Source: Terriglobia bacterium (GTDB lineage: Bacteria; Acidobacteriota; Terriglobia; JAJPHL01; JAPKYU01). From it: a DNA stretch of 64,000 nucleotides. Location of the stretch: assembly GCA_965206645.1 (NCBI GenBank), contig CBDBKE010000002.1, forward strand, positions 128,001-192,000, written 5' to 3'. Shown here one piece after another: positions 51,306 to 60,887 of this stretch; position 1 is the first letter of the stretch; each line of letters starts with the position of its first letter. The translations under genes and the position numbers were made by a program. The notes beneath the pieces are model-generated. The model had not been told where the DNA came from. It ran no database searches and was given only the letters and a program-made list of their open reading frames with translations.

Positions 51306-52551
51306 CTCAGTTCGATTTCTTCGATGCGGGTGGCCTGGTTGGCTTGAGCCGCGACGTCGCTTTGAACCACGGCGCTGCTTTGAACCACGGCGTTGGTTTG
51401 AACAACAGCGTTGCTTTGAATGACGGCAAGGATGCGCCGCGCTTTGCCGACAGGAGCGAGAGTCTTCAGACGACGGACGGCGCCTTCCATCGCCAGGCTA
51501 GTGAAGGGCAGCAGACGGTCATTCTCTACACGAAGGACACTGATGCGGTCGCGGACCGGATGCGGCTCGGGGCCGGCCGCCATCACGACGGTCCCCGTGC
51601 AGGGCAGGGCCGCCGAGGCGACATCGCCTCCGAAAGGGCCGGAAGCGATGCTGATCGGCCGCAAGCTGGCGTCGGTCAGCACCAGACGTCCGGTACCGTC
51701 CAACAGGACCCAGCGCGCGCGGAGCGGGCTGCGCACCGGGGCCAAACCGTACAGCTTCGCCACCGGACCGCCGTAAAGGAAGTTCCTGCCGGCAGCGAGC
51801 CGGAACTGGAGGGAGACAGCACGCCATGGATGTGACATCCGTAGTGGGGCCGAAGCTTCCAAGCTCCTGAGAGTGTAGCCCTCAATGGTCCGGGGAGGCG
51901 CCGGCGCCAGCGTCTCGGCGGCGGAATACAACTCCAACCGGCGCGGGCTGTCGTGCGCCAGCAACCGTACCAGCGGGTCGCGCAAGCGCTCGGCTCCCGT
52001 GTCGAGCCTGACCTCTGCTTTTACTGGGGCTTTGACCGGCGGACCGGCGGCGTTCAAGTCGAAGACAACCAGGCGGTCCGGGTGCAGGACAAAGAGGTTT
52101 CCCTCCCGATCGGCCTCCAGGTCCAGCACCGGAAGCTCGGTGGTCAGTAGCGTCCGGGTGCGGATAACCATCGGAGGGCCTTCCGGTTGAATCGGTTCGG
52201 GCGCCGAGCCGGGCGAAAACTCGGCAAACAGCCCGCTACCTCCTTACCTTTACGCAGGATTCGTACCGTAGCCAGTGGCCGGCCACGGCGCAGGCTCAGG
52301 TAGGCAAACACCTGATGGCTGAATTTCCCCGCGGCCATCAGCTCAAATCCTTCAAGCAGGAGCGCTTCTTGCAAGGCGCTGCCGAGTTGGCCGGCAGCGC
52401 CGACCCCTCCAGCGTCCTCCACCTGCAACAGAACGCGACTGTGCGGACCCGGCGCCTGGCTCTGAGCCAGGGCCTGCGCCACCCTTCGAGCAAAGGCGTC
52501 GACTTCCGTCTGGGGCAGGCTTAGTGCCAGAAGCAAAACAAGCGGGAGCAT
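51293..52551 (-). CDS. Secreted hypothetical protein, split by a 1-bp frameshift
   Basis: Adding one G near 52232 joins signal-peptide ORF 52144-52551 to 51293-52171 (EVAGLFAEFSPGSAPEPIQPEGPPMVIR). Confidence 0.65.
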
Positions 52552-52613
52552 GCGCCGATATTACCCTAGTGTTGTGTCCCGGAAAAATGTTGCATATGTT
52601 TGTGTGCTTGTGG

Positions 52614-52683
52614 GACCGCTTGCTGACGCGCGCGGCTCTGTATCTTCAACGCGCTTCCGAGCCACGAGCGTGAGCGAGTGGTC
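52614..52683. repeat. REP-like inverted repeat pair
   Basis: GACCGCTTGCTGACGCGCGCGGCTC ... GAGCCACGAGCGTGAGCGAGTGGTC (imperfect 25-bp arms). Confidence 0.7.
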
Positions 52684-52885
52684 ATACGGACGCGAAGCCC
52701 TGACTCGCGGACAGGTGCGATTGAGAAATTTCACAGATTGCTGTCCGGATGCTCCCGCGGAACCCCGGAGCGCATGATCCGGAGCAGGAGCTTCAGGAGG
52801 AAGTAGTCGGCGGCCAGTGCCATCTGGAAACCCACCACGGCCGCCAAGGAGACGTACAGCGTGTCTGCGAAGCCCAGTTCCATGG

Positions 52886-53521
52886 CTAGCTCCCCCCGAC
52901 CAGATCGCCAGTGCCGGTGTCGGTGCCGTCTGGGCGATACGAGTCGCGCAAGGTGGCGGCGTCAGCCGTCACCGACTCAGCCAGGATTTCCACCTGGTCG
53001 CCAACTTCCAGGTGGGCAAACAGGTCTTCGGCCTCGCGGTTGAGCATGCGAATGCAGCCGCGGGAGGCCGCGTGCCCGATGGAGTCGGGGTCGTTGGTTC
53101 CGTGGATGCCGTACCCTTTCCTGTCCAAGCCCATCCAGCGCGTCCCTACTGGATTCTTCTTGCCCGGCGGGATCACTTGCTTGTTCGGTCCGTACCAGGT
53201 GGGGTTCTTGACCTTGGTAGAAACTTGAAAGGTGCCGAGTGGGGTCGGTGTCGAGGGCTTGCCCACGGCGATGGGGTAGCTCTTCACCCATTCGCCGTTC
53301 TCGAATAGTTCCAGAGTCCTGGCACGGACATTGATCACCAGCCGGCGCTCGCTCTGATGTTCCTGTTCCGGGACGGCGGCAGAGTTTTGAGCGCTGGCGG
53401 GCTCCATTGCTGTCAAAGGGGCTGCCAAATGGGCTGCCAGAAGCGCTATGGCGATCGCCAACGCGGCCCTCGCCAGGGCTGTTTGCTTGATTGGCTTGCT
53501 TCCAGAGGGCATCATGCCCAA
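52886..53521 (-). CDS. L,D-transpeptidase (YkuD family), secreted
   Basis: YPIAVG, TPLG, NPTW and the catalytic HGT...SRGCIRM motif. Confidence 0.94.
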   Translation of the reverse strand: MGMMPSGSKPIKQTALARAALAIAIALLAAHLAAPLTAMEPASAQNSAAVPEQEHQSERRLVINVRARTLELFENGEWVKSYPIAVGKPSTPTPLGTFQVSTKVKNPTWYGPNKQVIPPGKKNPVGTRWMGLDRKGYGIHGTNDPDSIGHAASRGCIRMLNREAEDLFAHLEVGDQVEILAESVTADAATLRDSYRPDGTDTGTGDLVGGS

Positions 53522-53528
53522 GATGAGG

Positions 53529-53546
53529 GCAGGCCTAGGACCAAAA
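53529..53546 (-). promoter_or_regulatory. Possible sigma54 -24/-12 promoter for the L,D-transpeptidase
   Basis: TTTTGG-tcctaggcct-GC (GG-N10-GC), with an IHF-like CAAtgagTTA just upstream and a GTCA-gaat-TGAC palindrome near 53618-53629. Confidence 0.4.
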
Positions 53547-53668
53547 GCTAACTCATTGCTGGGAAATAACTTGTAGAGAGTTAGGGCAATCCAGGGCGTG
53601 GTGCGGCGAACACTCGCGTCAGAATTGACACGGCCCCGGCGATCCCAGGCGGAAGGATTTTAAGGCGA

Positions 53669-54829
53669 TCAGAAGGCGCGGCCTTCCGCTGTCTGGCGAT
53701 AAATTTCCAGAACGCGTCCGACCGAGCGCTCCCAGGAGAATTTCTTCACCTGCTCCAGGCCACGCTGTCGAAGCAGCTCGCGGGCGTCCACGTCCAGCAG
53801 AACGCGCTTCACCCCGCGAGCGATGTCAAAGACGTTGTCAGGGTTTACCATCACCGCCGCGTTCCCCACCACCTCCGGCAGGGAGGAGACATTGGAGACC
53901 ACCACCGGCGTGCCCTGCGCCATCGCCTCCAGCGGCGGGAGGCCGAATCCTTCGTGCAGCGAGGGGAAGACAAACACCTCGGCTGAGGAATAGAACACTC
54001 GCAGCACGTCCACCGGCACGAAGCCCAGGAAGCGCACATCCTGTTGGATGCGGGTCTTGACCACCGTGCTGCGCAGGTGAGGGTGCTTGCCCAGTTCATC
54101 GCCGATCAGGATCAGCTTCAGGCCGCCGTAGACAGGGTGCGCCCGCAACTCTCCCTTCAGTACGGCAAAAGCCTCGATGAGACGGACCAGGTTTTTCTGT
54201 GCCTTAACGTTACCGGCGTAAAGGACGAATGGATAGTTGACCCCGTAGCGCTCCAGCGCCAACTTTTTTTCTTCGTGACGAGTAGGAACGCTGAAACGCT
54301 CGTCAATAGCGTTATGCACGACCTCAACTTTTCTTGGAGGGATCCGGCAAAGTTCGGTCAGGTCCAGGTGGGTGGCGCGGGAAACGGTGATGATGCGGGC
54401 CGCGCCGCGCAGTCCGTGCCGCACGAAATAGAGGCGCAGGCTGTTGCGGAATCCGTTGTCGGCGGGAAACAGGAAATCGGCCAGGTCGTGAACAGTGACT
54501 ACATAGCGGCAGGGCACCAGCAGAGGGATGCGCATGTGGGGGATATGCAGCACATCCACGAGCCGCTCCCGCAGCAGGAATCGGAACCGGAAGTGGTTCC
54601 CGGGTGATTCATCACTCTGGGTGTAGTCCACGGACTCAAAATTGGACGGCAGAGCGTCCAGCTCTTCTATCTGTTCCGGCGACCCGATCAGCAGATAATG
54701 GTTCTCTGTGTCCTTGTGGAATAAGGTGCGCACCAAGTTACGGATGTAGGTGCCGACGCCGAAGTCGGCCAGGCGTCGCACGTCGATGGCGATGTTCTTC
54801 GGGCGATGTTCATCGGCGATGTTCATCAA
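53669..54829 (-). CDS. Glycosyltransferase family 4
   Basis: IAIDVR, GVGTY, VTVHDL, KN and [19 protein letters not shown] motifs. Confidence 0.94.
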   Translation of the reverse strand: MMNIADEHRPKNIAIDVRRLADFGVGTYIRNLVRTLFHKDTENHYLLIGSPEQIEELDALPSNFESVDYTQSDESPGNHFRFRFLLRERLVDVLHIPHMRIPLLVPCRYVVTVHDLADFLFPADNGFRNSLRLYFVRHGLRGAARIITVSRATHLDLTELCRIPPRKVEVVHNAIDERFSVPTRHEEKKLALERYGVNYPFVLYAGNVKAQKNLVRLIEAFAVLKGELRAHPVYGGLKLILIGDELGKHPHLRSTVVKTRIQQDVRFLGFVPVDVLRVFYSSAEVFVFPSLHEGFGLPPLEAMAQGTPVVVSNVSSLPEVVGNAAVMVNPDNVFDIARGVKRVLLDVDARELLRQRGLEQVKKFSWERSVGRVLEIYRQTAEGRAF

Positions 54830-54909
54830 ACAACGTCCAAGGCCCTAAGGGTCCAAAGTCGCAAGTCCCAGTCGTTAGGGCTGAGCGACCTTGGGCTCAC
54901 ACCGCGGAC

Positions 54910-56181
54910 TCACACCGCGACGGGACGCAGTTTCCACGCATATAGGGGAAACGCCTCGCACAGCTCGCGCACCTGCTGATGGACCCGCTCGATCCGGTTC
55001 TCGTCGGTGTGGTGGCGCAGCACCTCGCTAATCCAGCGGCCGATCTGGCGCATCTGGTCCTCTTGCATTCCTCGTGTGGTCACTGCGGGCGTGCCCAGCC
55101 GGATCCCGCTGGGGTTGAAGGGAGAATTGGTCTCGAAGGGAATGGTGTTGCGGTTCACGGTGATGCCGGCTCGGTGCAACACCTGTTCGGCCGGTTTCCC
55201 GAGCAGGCCTTCGCGGAACACATCCACCAGCATCAGGTGGGTATCGGTGCCGCCGGAGATCACGCGGAGTCCTTCGTCGGCCAGCGCGGCGGCCAGGGCG
55301 CGCGCGTTGGCCGCGATCTGGGCCTGGTACTGTTTGAACTCAGGCTGCATGGCGTCCTGGAAGCACACGGCCTTGGCCGCAATCATGTGCACCAGCGGCC
55401 CGCCCTGCATGCCGGGAAACACCATTTTGTCAATTGCGGGACCGTATTGGGCACGGGCCAGGATAAAGCCGGAGCGTGGACCCCGAAGGGTCTTGTGGGC
55501 GGTCGAGGTGACGATGTCGGCGTGCGTCACGGGATTGGGGTGCAAGCCGCCGGCCACCAGTCCGGCAAAGTGAGCCATGTCGACCAGCAGTAGAGCGCCT
55601 ACCCGGTCGCAAATCTGGCGCAGGCGCGCAAAGTCAATGATGCGCGAGTAGGCGCTGCCCCCGGCGATCAGCATCTTCGGGCGGTGCTCCTCGGCCAGGC
55701 ACTCCAGTTCGTCGTAGTCAATGGTTTCCGTTTCGCGCGACACTCCATAGGGAATGACCTTGTAGTAGCGGCCGGAAAAGTTTACCGGGCTGCCGTGGGT
55801 CAGGTGACCGCCGTGGGAAAGATTCATCCCGAAGATAGTGTCGCCGGGTTGGAGCACGGCAGCATAGGCGGCCATGTTGGCCTGGCTGCCGGCATGCGGT
55901 TGCACGTTGGCGTGCTCGGCGCCGAACAGGCGCCGCGCGCGTTCGATGGCCAGCGCCTCGACCTCATCGGCCCACTCGCAGCCGCCGTAATAGCGCTTTC
56001 CCGGATAGCCCTCCGCGTACTTATTGGTGAACACCGAGCCCATGGCCTCCAGCACAGCTTCGGAGACGAAGTTCTCGCTGGGGATCAGTTCCAGTTGTTC
56101 CTGCTGCCGGCGTGTCTCATTCTGGATGGCCTCGTACACCCGGGGGTCAACCTCGCGCAGTGGGCGGGCAAAATCCTTCAT
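54910..56181 (-). CDS. glyA: Serine hydroxymethyltransferase
   Basis: [27 protein letters not shown] and [10 protein letters not shown] motifs; real start is MKDF at 56181. Confidence 0.98.
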   Translation of the reverse strand: MKDFARPLREVDPRVYEAIQNETRRQQEQLELIPSENFVSEAVLEAMGSVFTNKYAEGYPGKRYYGGCEWADEVEALAIERARRLFGAEHANVQPHAGSQANMAAYAAVLQPGDTIFGMNLSHGGHLTHGSPVNFSGRYYKVIPYGVSRETETIDYDELECLAEEHRPKMLIAGGSAYSRIIDFARLRQICDRVGALLLVDMAHFAGLVAGGLHPNPVTHADIVTSTAHKTLRGPRSGFILARAQYGPAIDKMVFPGMQGGPLVHMIAAKAVCFQDAMQPEFKQYQAQIAANARALAAALADEGLRVISGGTDTHLMLVDVFREGLLGKPAEQVLHRAGITVNRNTIPFETNSPFNPSGIRLGTPAVTTRGMQEDQMRQIGRWISEVLRHHTDENRIERVHQQVRELCEAFPLYAWKLRPVAV

Positions 56182-56299
56182 CCCCGATTCCTTTCTAACT
56201 CGGTGATCTTCTTGAGGCGCCTCTGGTGACGCCCGCCAGCGAAGCCTGTTTCCAGCCAGGCGCGAAGCGTCTCCAGCCGGCGCCCACCGCGATCTCCAT
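56178..56299 (-). pseudogene. rpiB: rpiB with a large internal deletion
   Basis: N-terminal MEIAVGA is joined out of frame to C-terminal [25 protein letters not shown]; the stop overlaps the glyA start (ATGA). Confidence 0.8.
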
Positions 56300-56380
56300 G
56301 CGGTGATTGTACTATAGGGGCCATTGGCCGCGCGCGTTTCCCAAACAGGAACCCGGAGGGCGCGCACACGCAAAAACCTC

Positions 56381-56556
56381 TAGACAGAGTTTCCCGGGCC
56401 TGCGTATAATCCAAAAGATGACGCTCCGAGGCCAACTTTGCGGGTCTCGATTTAGCCGCTCCTACTGGCGTGTCTGCCAGGTGTGCAGCTGAGTGCGTCT
56501 TAGGAGTTTGGCATCATCTCGGCGGCCCACCGGCAACGGTGGGCCGCGATGTTTTT
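56381..56556 (+). promoter_or_regulatory. Promoter, leader peptide and transcription attenuator for aroF
   Basis: TAGACA-N18-TATAAT; uORF 56418-56492 MTLRGQLCGSRFSRSYWRVCQVCS; terminator stem 56522-56547 with T5; alternative pairing of 56475-56493 with 56518-56535. Confidence 0.75.
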
Positions 56557-56600
56557 AGCCTGCCAACGCTCAGACCGACCGCCCGAAGGGAGAACCGATC

Positions 56601-57650
56601 ATGATTATCTCAATGAGGCGAGGCGCCCCACGGGAAGAGATTGACCACGTCTGCGAGCGCATCCGGCAGTTCGGTTACAAGGTCCATTCCATCAAAGGAA
56701 AGGAGAGGGTGGTGATCGGAGCGGTCGGCAGTGGCGACCTCACCCGCGCGATCGAGCAACTGGAAGCGACCCCGGGAGTGGAGCGCGTGGTGCCCATCAG
56801 CCAGCCTTTCAAGCTGGTCAGCCGCGAGTTCCAGCGGGAGAAGACCACGATCCCCATTAATGGCCTGGAGATTGGCGGAATCGACTTCACGCTGATGGCC
56901 GGACCGTGCTCGGTGGAGAGCGAAGAGCAACTCTTGAGCACAGCCCGGGCGGTGCGCCAGGCCGGGGCACGAATCCTGCGCGGAGGCGCGTTCAAGCCCC
57001 GCACTTCCCCCTACGACTTCCAAGGGATGGAGCGCGAGGGGCTGGAGCTGCTGCGCAAAGCCAAGCAGGCCACCGGGCTGGCCATTATCACCGAGGTGAT
57101 GACCGACTCCGACGTGGACCTGGTGGCCGAATATGCCGACATCCTCCAGGTGGGCGCGCGCAACGTGCAAAACTTCGCGCTGCTCAAGGCGCTGGGCCAA
57201 CTGCAGAAGCCGGTGATGCTCAAGCGCGGCCTCAGCTCCACGCTGAAGGAGCTGCTGCTGTCGGCCGAATACATCGTCAGCAAAGGCAACGCCAAGGTCA
57301 TCCTATGCGAGCGTGGCGTGCGGACCTTTGAGACCTATACTCGCAACACCCTGGACCTGTCAGCGGTGCCGGCCCTGCAGGAACTCTCTCACCTGCCCGT
57401 CATCGTGGACCCCAGCCATGGCACCGGAAAACGCTCCCTAATCGCACCTATGGCTCGGGCGGCGGTAGCCTGCGGCGCCGATGGGCTGATGCTCGAGGTG
57501 CATCCTCGACCGGAAGACGCCTTCAGCGATGGCCCGCAGTCACTAACCTTGGAAATGTTCCAGCAGTTGATGGCCAGCCTCGAGCCTTACCTGGACCTGT
57601 GGAGAACAGAACGCGCCCAGCAGCGGCGGCCTGCCGCCGTTTCTGCGTAA
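56601..57650 (+). CDS. aroF: DAHP synthase class I-beta with N-terminal ACT-like regulatory domain
   Basis: [37 protein letters not shown] and EVHP motifs. Confidence 0.96.
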   Translation: MIISMRRGAPREEIDHVCERIRQFGYKVHSIKGKERVVIGAVGSGDLTRAIEQLEATPGVERVVPISQPFKLVSREFQREKTTIPINGLEIGGIDFTLMAGPCSVESEEQLLSTARAVRQAGARILRGGAFKPRTSPYDFQGMEREGLELLRKAKQATGLAIITEVMTDSDVDLVAEYADILQVGARNVQNFALLKALGQLQKPVMLKRGLSSTLKELLLSAEYIVSKGNAKVILCERGVRTFETYTRNTLDLSAVPALQELSHLPVIVDPSHGTGKRSLIAPMARAAVACGADGLMLEVHPRPEDAFSDGPQSLTLEMFQQLMASLEPYLDLWRTERAQQRRPAAVSA

Positions 57651-57880
57651 CGATCTCATTCCGCGGGCCTCTGTGGGCACCTGGCCACCGGCTAGCCCAC
57701 AGCTCCTCACGCCGCTCAGGTACGGCCAATCTGGGTGGCGTCGCGCTCTTGCCCAGCCCGGCCCTCCGCTGACCCGTGGTGCCGGTGAGTGATGGTGAAG
57801 GTTATGGGGCAGTTGCGGTAACCGACCTCGAATTGTTTAGAATTGGGCGCTAGGCGAGCAAACCGGAGAAAGCTGCTCTA

Positions 57881-59250
57881 ATGGAGATTGCCATCATCGG
57901 CGCGGGGTATGTGGGATCGGTCACCGGGGTGGGGCTGTCCGAGATTGGTCATCGAGTCACGCTGGTGGACCACGATGCGGCCAAGATTGCCGAGCTTCGC
58001 CAGGGCCGCCTGCCGATTTACGAACCGGGCCTGGAAGAACTGGTGGCGCGCAATGCGGGCGCCGGGCGCCTCCACTTCTCGACAGAAATTCCGCCAGCAC
58101 TCAACCAGGCCTCGATCGTGTTCATCGCCGTGGGCACGCCTGCCCGCCAGGACGGCGAGGCCGACCTGACCGCCATCGAGGCGGTCTGCCGCGACATCGG
58201 GCGGTGTCTGACGAGCTACCGAGTGATCGTGGAGAAGAGCACCGTGCCGGTGAACACCTGTGAAAACATTCGTTCTCGCCGCGTCATCAACCTCAATCAC
58301 CACGGCGGCGACTACGACCTGGTGTCCAATCCGGAATTCCTTCGCGAGGGCTGCGGCCTGAACGATTTCTTCCGCCCGGATCGCATTGTGGTGGGGGCCG
58401 ATTCCGAGCAGGCGCGCCAACTGATGGCTGAACTCTATCGGCCGTTAACTTCCGGAGACTATTACCGCGCCGCCGGAATCAGGGACACTTCCCCACCGCC
58501 GTTGCTGCTCACCGATATCAAAAGCGCGGAATTGATCAAACACGCTTCCAACGCGTTTCTGGCAATGAAGATTTCCTTCATCAATGCCATCAGCATCCTG
58601 ACAGAGCAATCCGGAGCGGACATTGCGGATGTGGCGCACGGCATTGGACTGGATGCCCGCATTGGTGCCACCTTTCTCCAAAACCCGGCCTGGGTTATGG
58701 CGGCTCCTGCTTCCCCAAAGACCTGAAGGCCTTCTACCAGATCGCCGAGCAGCTTGGCTACGACTTCCGCCTCCTGCGCGAGGTGGAGGGCATCAATGAA
58801 GACCAGAAGGCGCGCTTCCTACGCAAGATCCGGGGGGCGATATGGAACCTCAGGGACAAGACCGTCACCGTGCTCGGCCTGGCTTTCAAACCCGACACGG
58901 ATGACATTCGCCAAGCGCCAGCCCTTGAGATCATCCGGGAACTTTTGCGGGAGGGTGCTTCGGTGCGCGCTTACGATCCCTGCGCCATGAAAAACGCGCA
59001 GCGCGTGCTACCCCAGGTGGTTTACTGCCAAGATGCTTACGCCACGCTCAAGGAATCCGACTGCCTGGTCCTGTGCACGGAATGGGACGAGTTCCGCCAG
59101 CTTGACCTGGCCCGGGTACGGAAGCTGATGCGCTACCCGATCGTGGTGGACGGCCGCAACGCCTTCGATCCGGCCACCATACGCGGGCACGGCTTCCACT
59201 ACAGTTCCATCGGGCGATCCGCACTAAGCTCCGAGTCGGGCTCCGAGTAG
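57881..59250 (+). CDS. ugd: UDP-glucose 6-dehydrogenase, split by a frameshift at about 58680
   Basis: GAGYVG, KSTVP and SNPEFLREG motifs; the catalytic PGLGYGGSCFPKD is read in the next frame; GLAFKPDTDD and DGRN follow. Confidence 0.9.
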
Positions 59251-59314
59251 GCCAGCTCCACTTGGCGGCGATTCGACCCTCGCTCTTAACCCCACAAGGT
59301 TGGCAAGGAAACCG

Positions 59315-59707
59315 TTAGTCCTCCGGCAGCTTTTCTTCCTCCCGCAGCGGGGGCTCCCGTAGTTCATGGCCTTCTTCCATCAGTTTCACGGCCGGCGATG
59401 GTGTTCCTAGGCGACTGAGAATTTCAACGACTTCCGTCATACGCCGTTCCAGGGCAGCCACCCGGAGTTTCAAATCCCCCAGTTCCAGCATCTGTATCGA
59501 TGTCTTCGGTTGCCGAACCTTGGCTTCGAGCTCTTCAATCCGCCGCAAGACATGCGGCCTGGGTTCCTCGGGCGGCGTGCCGTAGAGGACTTGGTCGATC
59601 CAGCTTTTCGATACGCCAAGCTGCGACGCCAGCTCGCTCCAGGTCATTTGCAGGGCACTCTTTAGCATCTTCAGGCGCTTGACGAGTTCGCGGGAGTGTT
59701 CCTGCAT
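59315..59707 (-). CDS. XRE-family HTH regulator (phage-repressor-like)
   Basis: LQMTWSELASQLGVSKSWIDQV HTH plus a C-terminal coiled coil. Confidence 0.75.
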   Translation of the reverse strand: MQEHSRELVKRLKMLKSALQMTWSELASQLGVSKSWIDQVLYGTPPEEPRPHVLRRIEELEAKVRQPKTSIQMLELGDLKLRVAALERRMTEVVEILSRLGTPSPAVKLMEEGHELREPPLREEEKLPED

Positions 59708-59981
59708 AAAGCCTTCTTATACACTAATGATTAATGTAAATACGCACATTATAAGCCTTACGGCATATTCTGAAAAGCTTACTATGCGTCAAGAAAACGC
59801 CTTGGCGGCTGTCAGCATTCCCAAGGTGCCAAAAACCCAAAGGACCAACCCGCAGGGTAGCGCAGGTCGGTACCGAGGTGCAAGGCCGGGACAGAAGGCT
59901 GGAGCGGCAAGGCCGGAGTGGGGGGCCCAAGTGGAGGGTGACGATCGGCACACTCAAGCATGACCGGATGAAGGTGAGACA

Positions 59982-60152
59982 ATGACGGCAGAGGAAATTC
60001 GCACGGAATGGAAGCGAGTCGCCGCGGCGGCTGAGACCGTGGGTGTCCCGCCAACCAATATAGAGCTGCTGAAACTGGGCGCGCTGATGGAAACTGCGGC
60101 CCAACTGGCGGACCTGAACCAGCGATTGGAACATCGCGACGATCGTGGCTGA
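59982..60152 (+). CDS. 56-aa hypothetical protein (not in ORF track)
   Basis: MTAEEIRTEWKRVAAAAETVGVPPTNIELLKLGALMETAAQLADLNQRLEHRDDRG; GAAGGTGA SD-like sequence. Confidence 0.5.
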   Translation: MTAEEIRTEWKRVAAAAETVGVPPTNIELLKLGALMETAAQLADLNQRLEHRDDRG

Positions 60153-60224
60153 GCCCTTGGAACCAACCTGCATTCGCACCGCTCTTGAGAATGCCTTGCC
60201 GTACCGCTGACGCGTTGGGCTACC

Positions 60225-60674
60225 ATGGAAGTGATGATGTTCTGTGTGAGCTTGACGCTCCTATTGGCGCTGGCTGCATCCGGAGCCGGCGGTATCCCCT
60301 TCAAGCCTGCCACGGCAGAGGCGCGCGCCTCCCTCGCAAAAAAGGTGCGCAAGGTACGCCGCGCGCCCCCAAGCATCACCTTGGACAGACGTGGAGACCG
60401 TGTGGTCATCGTGGCCGCTCTCGGCGAAAAACCCACAGGCGGCTACGCGATCGAGATCACGCAAGTGAACTTGCACGGCTCTACCCTTACGGTCGAGGCC
60501 GGGGTCACTGTTCCCCCGAAGGACGCTATGGTGACCCAGGCGCTGACGTATCCGTTCGATGCGGTATGGATCCCAGCGGATCGCCTGGAGAACCTGCCCA
60601 AGCCGCTCACCGCGCGCCTGTCCGATGAGCAAGGGAAGGTCCTGGCGAAGGGTGGTCTGGGACAACCGCGCTAA
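60225..60674 (+). CDS. PrcB C-terminal domain protein, secreted
   Basis: ALGEKPTGGYAIEIT and PPKDAMVTQALTYP motifs. Confidence 0.88.
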   Translation: MEVMMFCVSLTLLLALAASGAGGIPFKPATAEARASLAKKVRKVRRAPPSITLDRRGDRVVIVAALGEKPTGGYAIEITQVNLHGSTLTVEAGVTVPPKDAMVTQALTYPFDAVWIPADRLENLPKPLTARLSDEQGKVLAKGGLGQPR

Positions 60675-60727
60675 GTTGATGGGCGCGGAGCGCTGTGCTA
60701 GTCTGAGAGATACTGATAGTTCCCTGC

Positions 60728-60804
60728 GGTGAGCGTAGCTCAATCGGTAGAGCACCGGACTGTGGCTCCGGACGTTACGGGTTCGATCCCCGTCGCTCAC
60801 CCCA
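60728..60804 (+). tRNA. tRNA-His(GUG) with G-1 and encoded CCA
   Basis: 8-bp acceptor GGTGAGCG/CGCTCACC; CCGGA-CTGTGGC-TCCGG anticodon arm; GTTCGAT T-loop. Confidence 0.97.
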
Positions 60805-60887
60805 CCCCCGACTGGCAGCGCACCTTCTTGCTACAGATGAAAACAGCGCTTGACCCGGGCCTTCTGCCGCGCTAAAGGTGCGCCGAA

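Noticed and set aside
51343-51427. 18-bp repeats (and the 14-bp repeats at 30821-30880) as a CRISPR array
   Set aside because: They are directly tandem with no spacers, the 18-bp set is in-frame in a CDS, and there are no cas genes in the window.
56182-56373. N-terminal extension of GlyA, or a ZTP/glycine riboswitch upstream of glyA
   Set aside because: The region is explained by the rpiB remnant, and riboswitch consensus motifs were not seen.
58670-58730. Programmed ribosomal frameshift in ugd
   Set aside because: No canonical slippery heptamer with stimulator, and similar indels occur in three unrelated genes; sequencing error is more likely.
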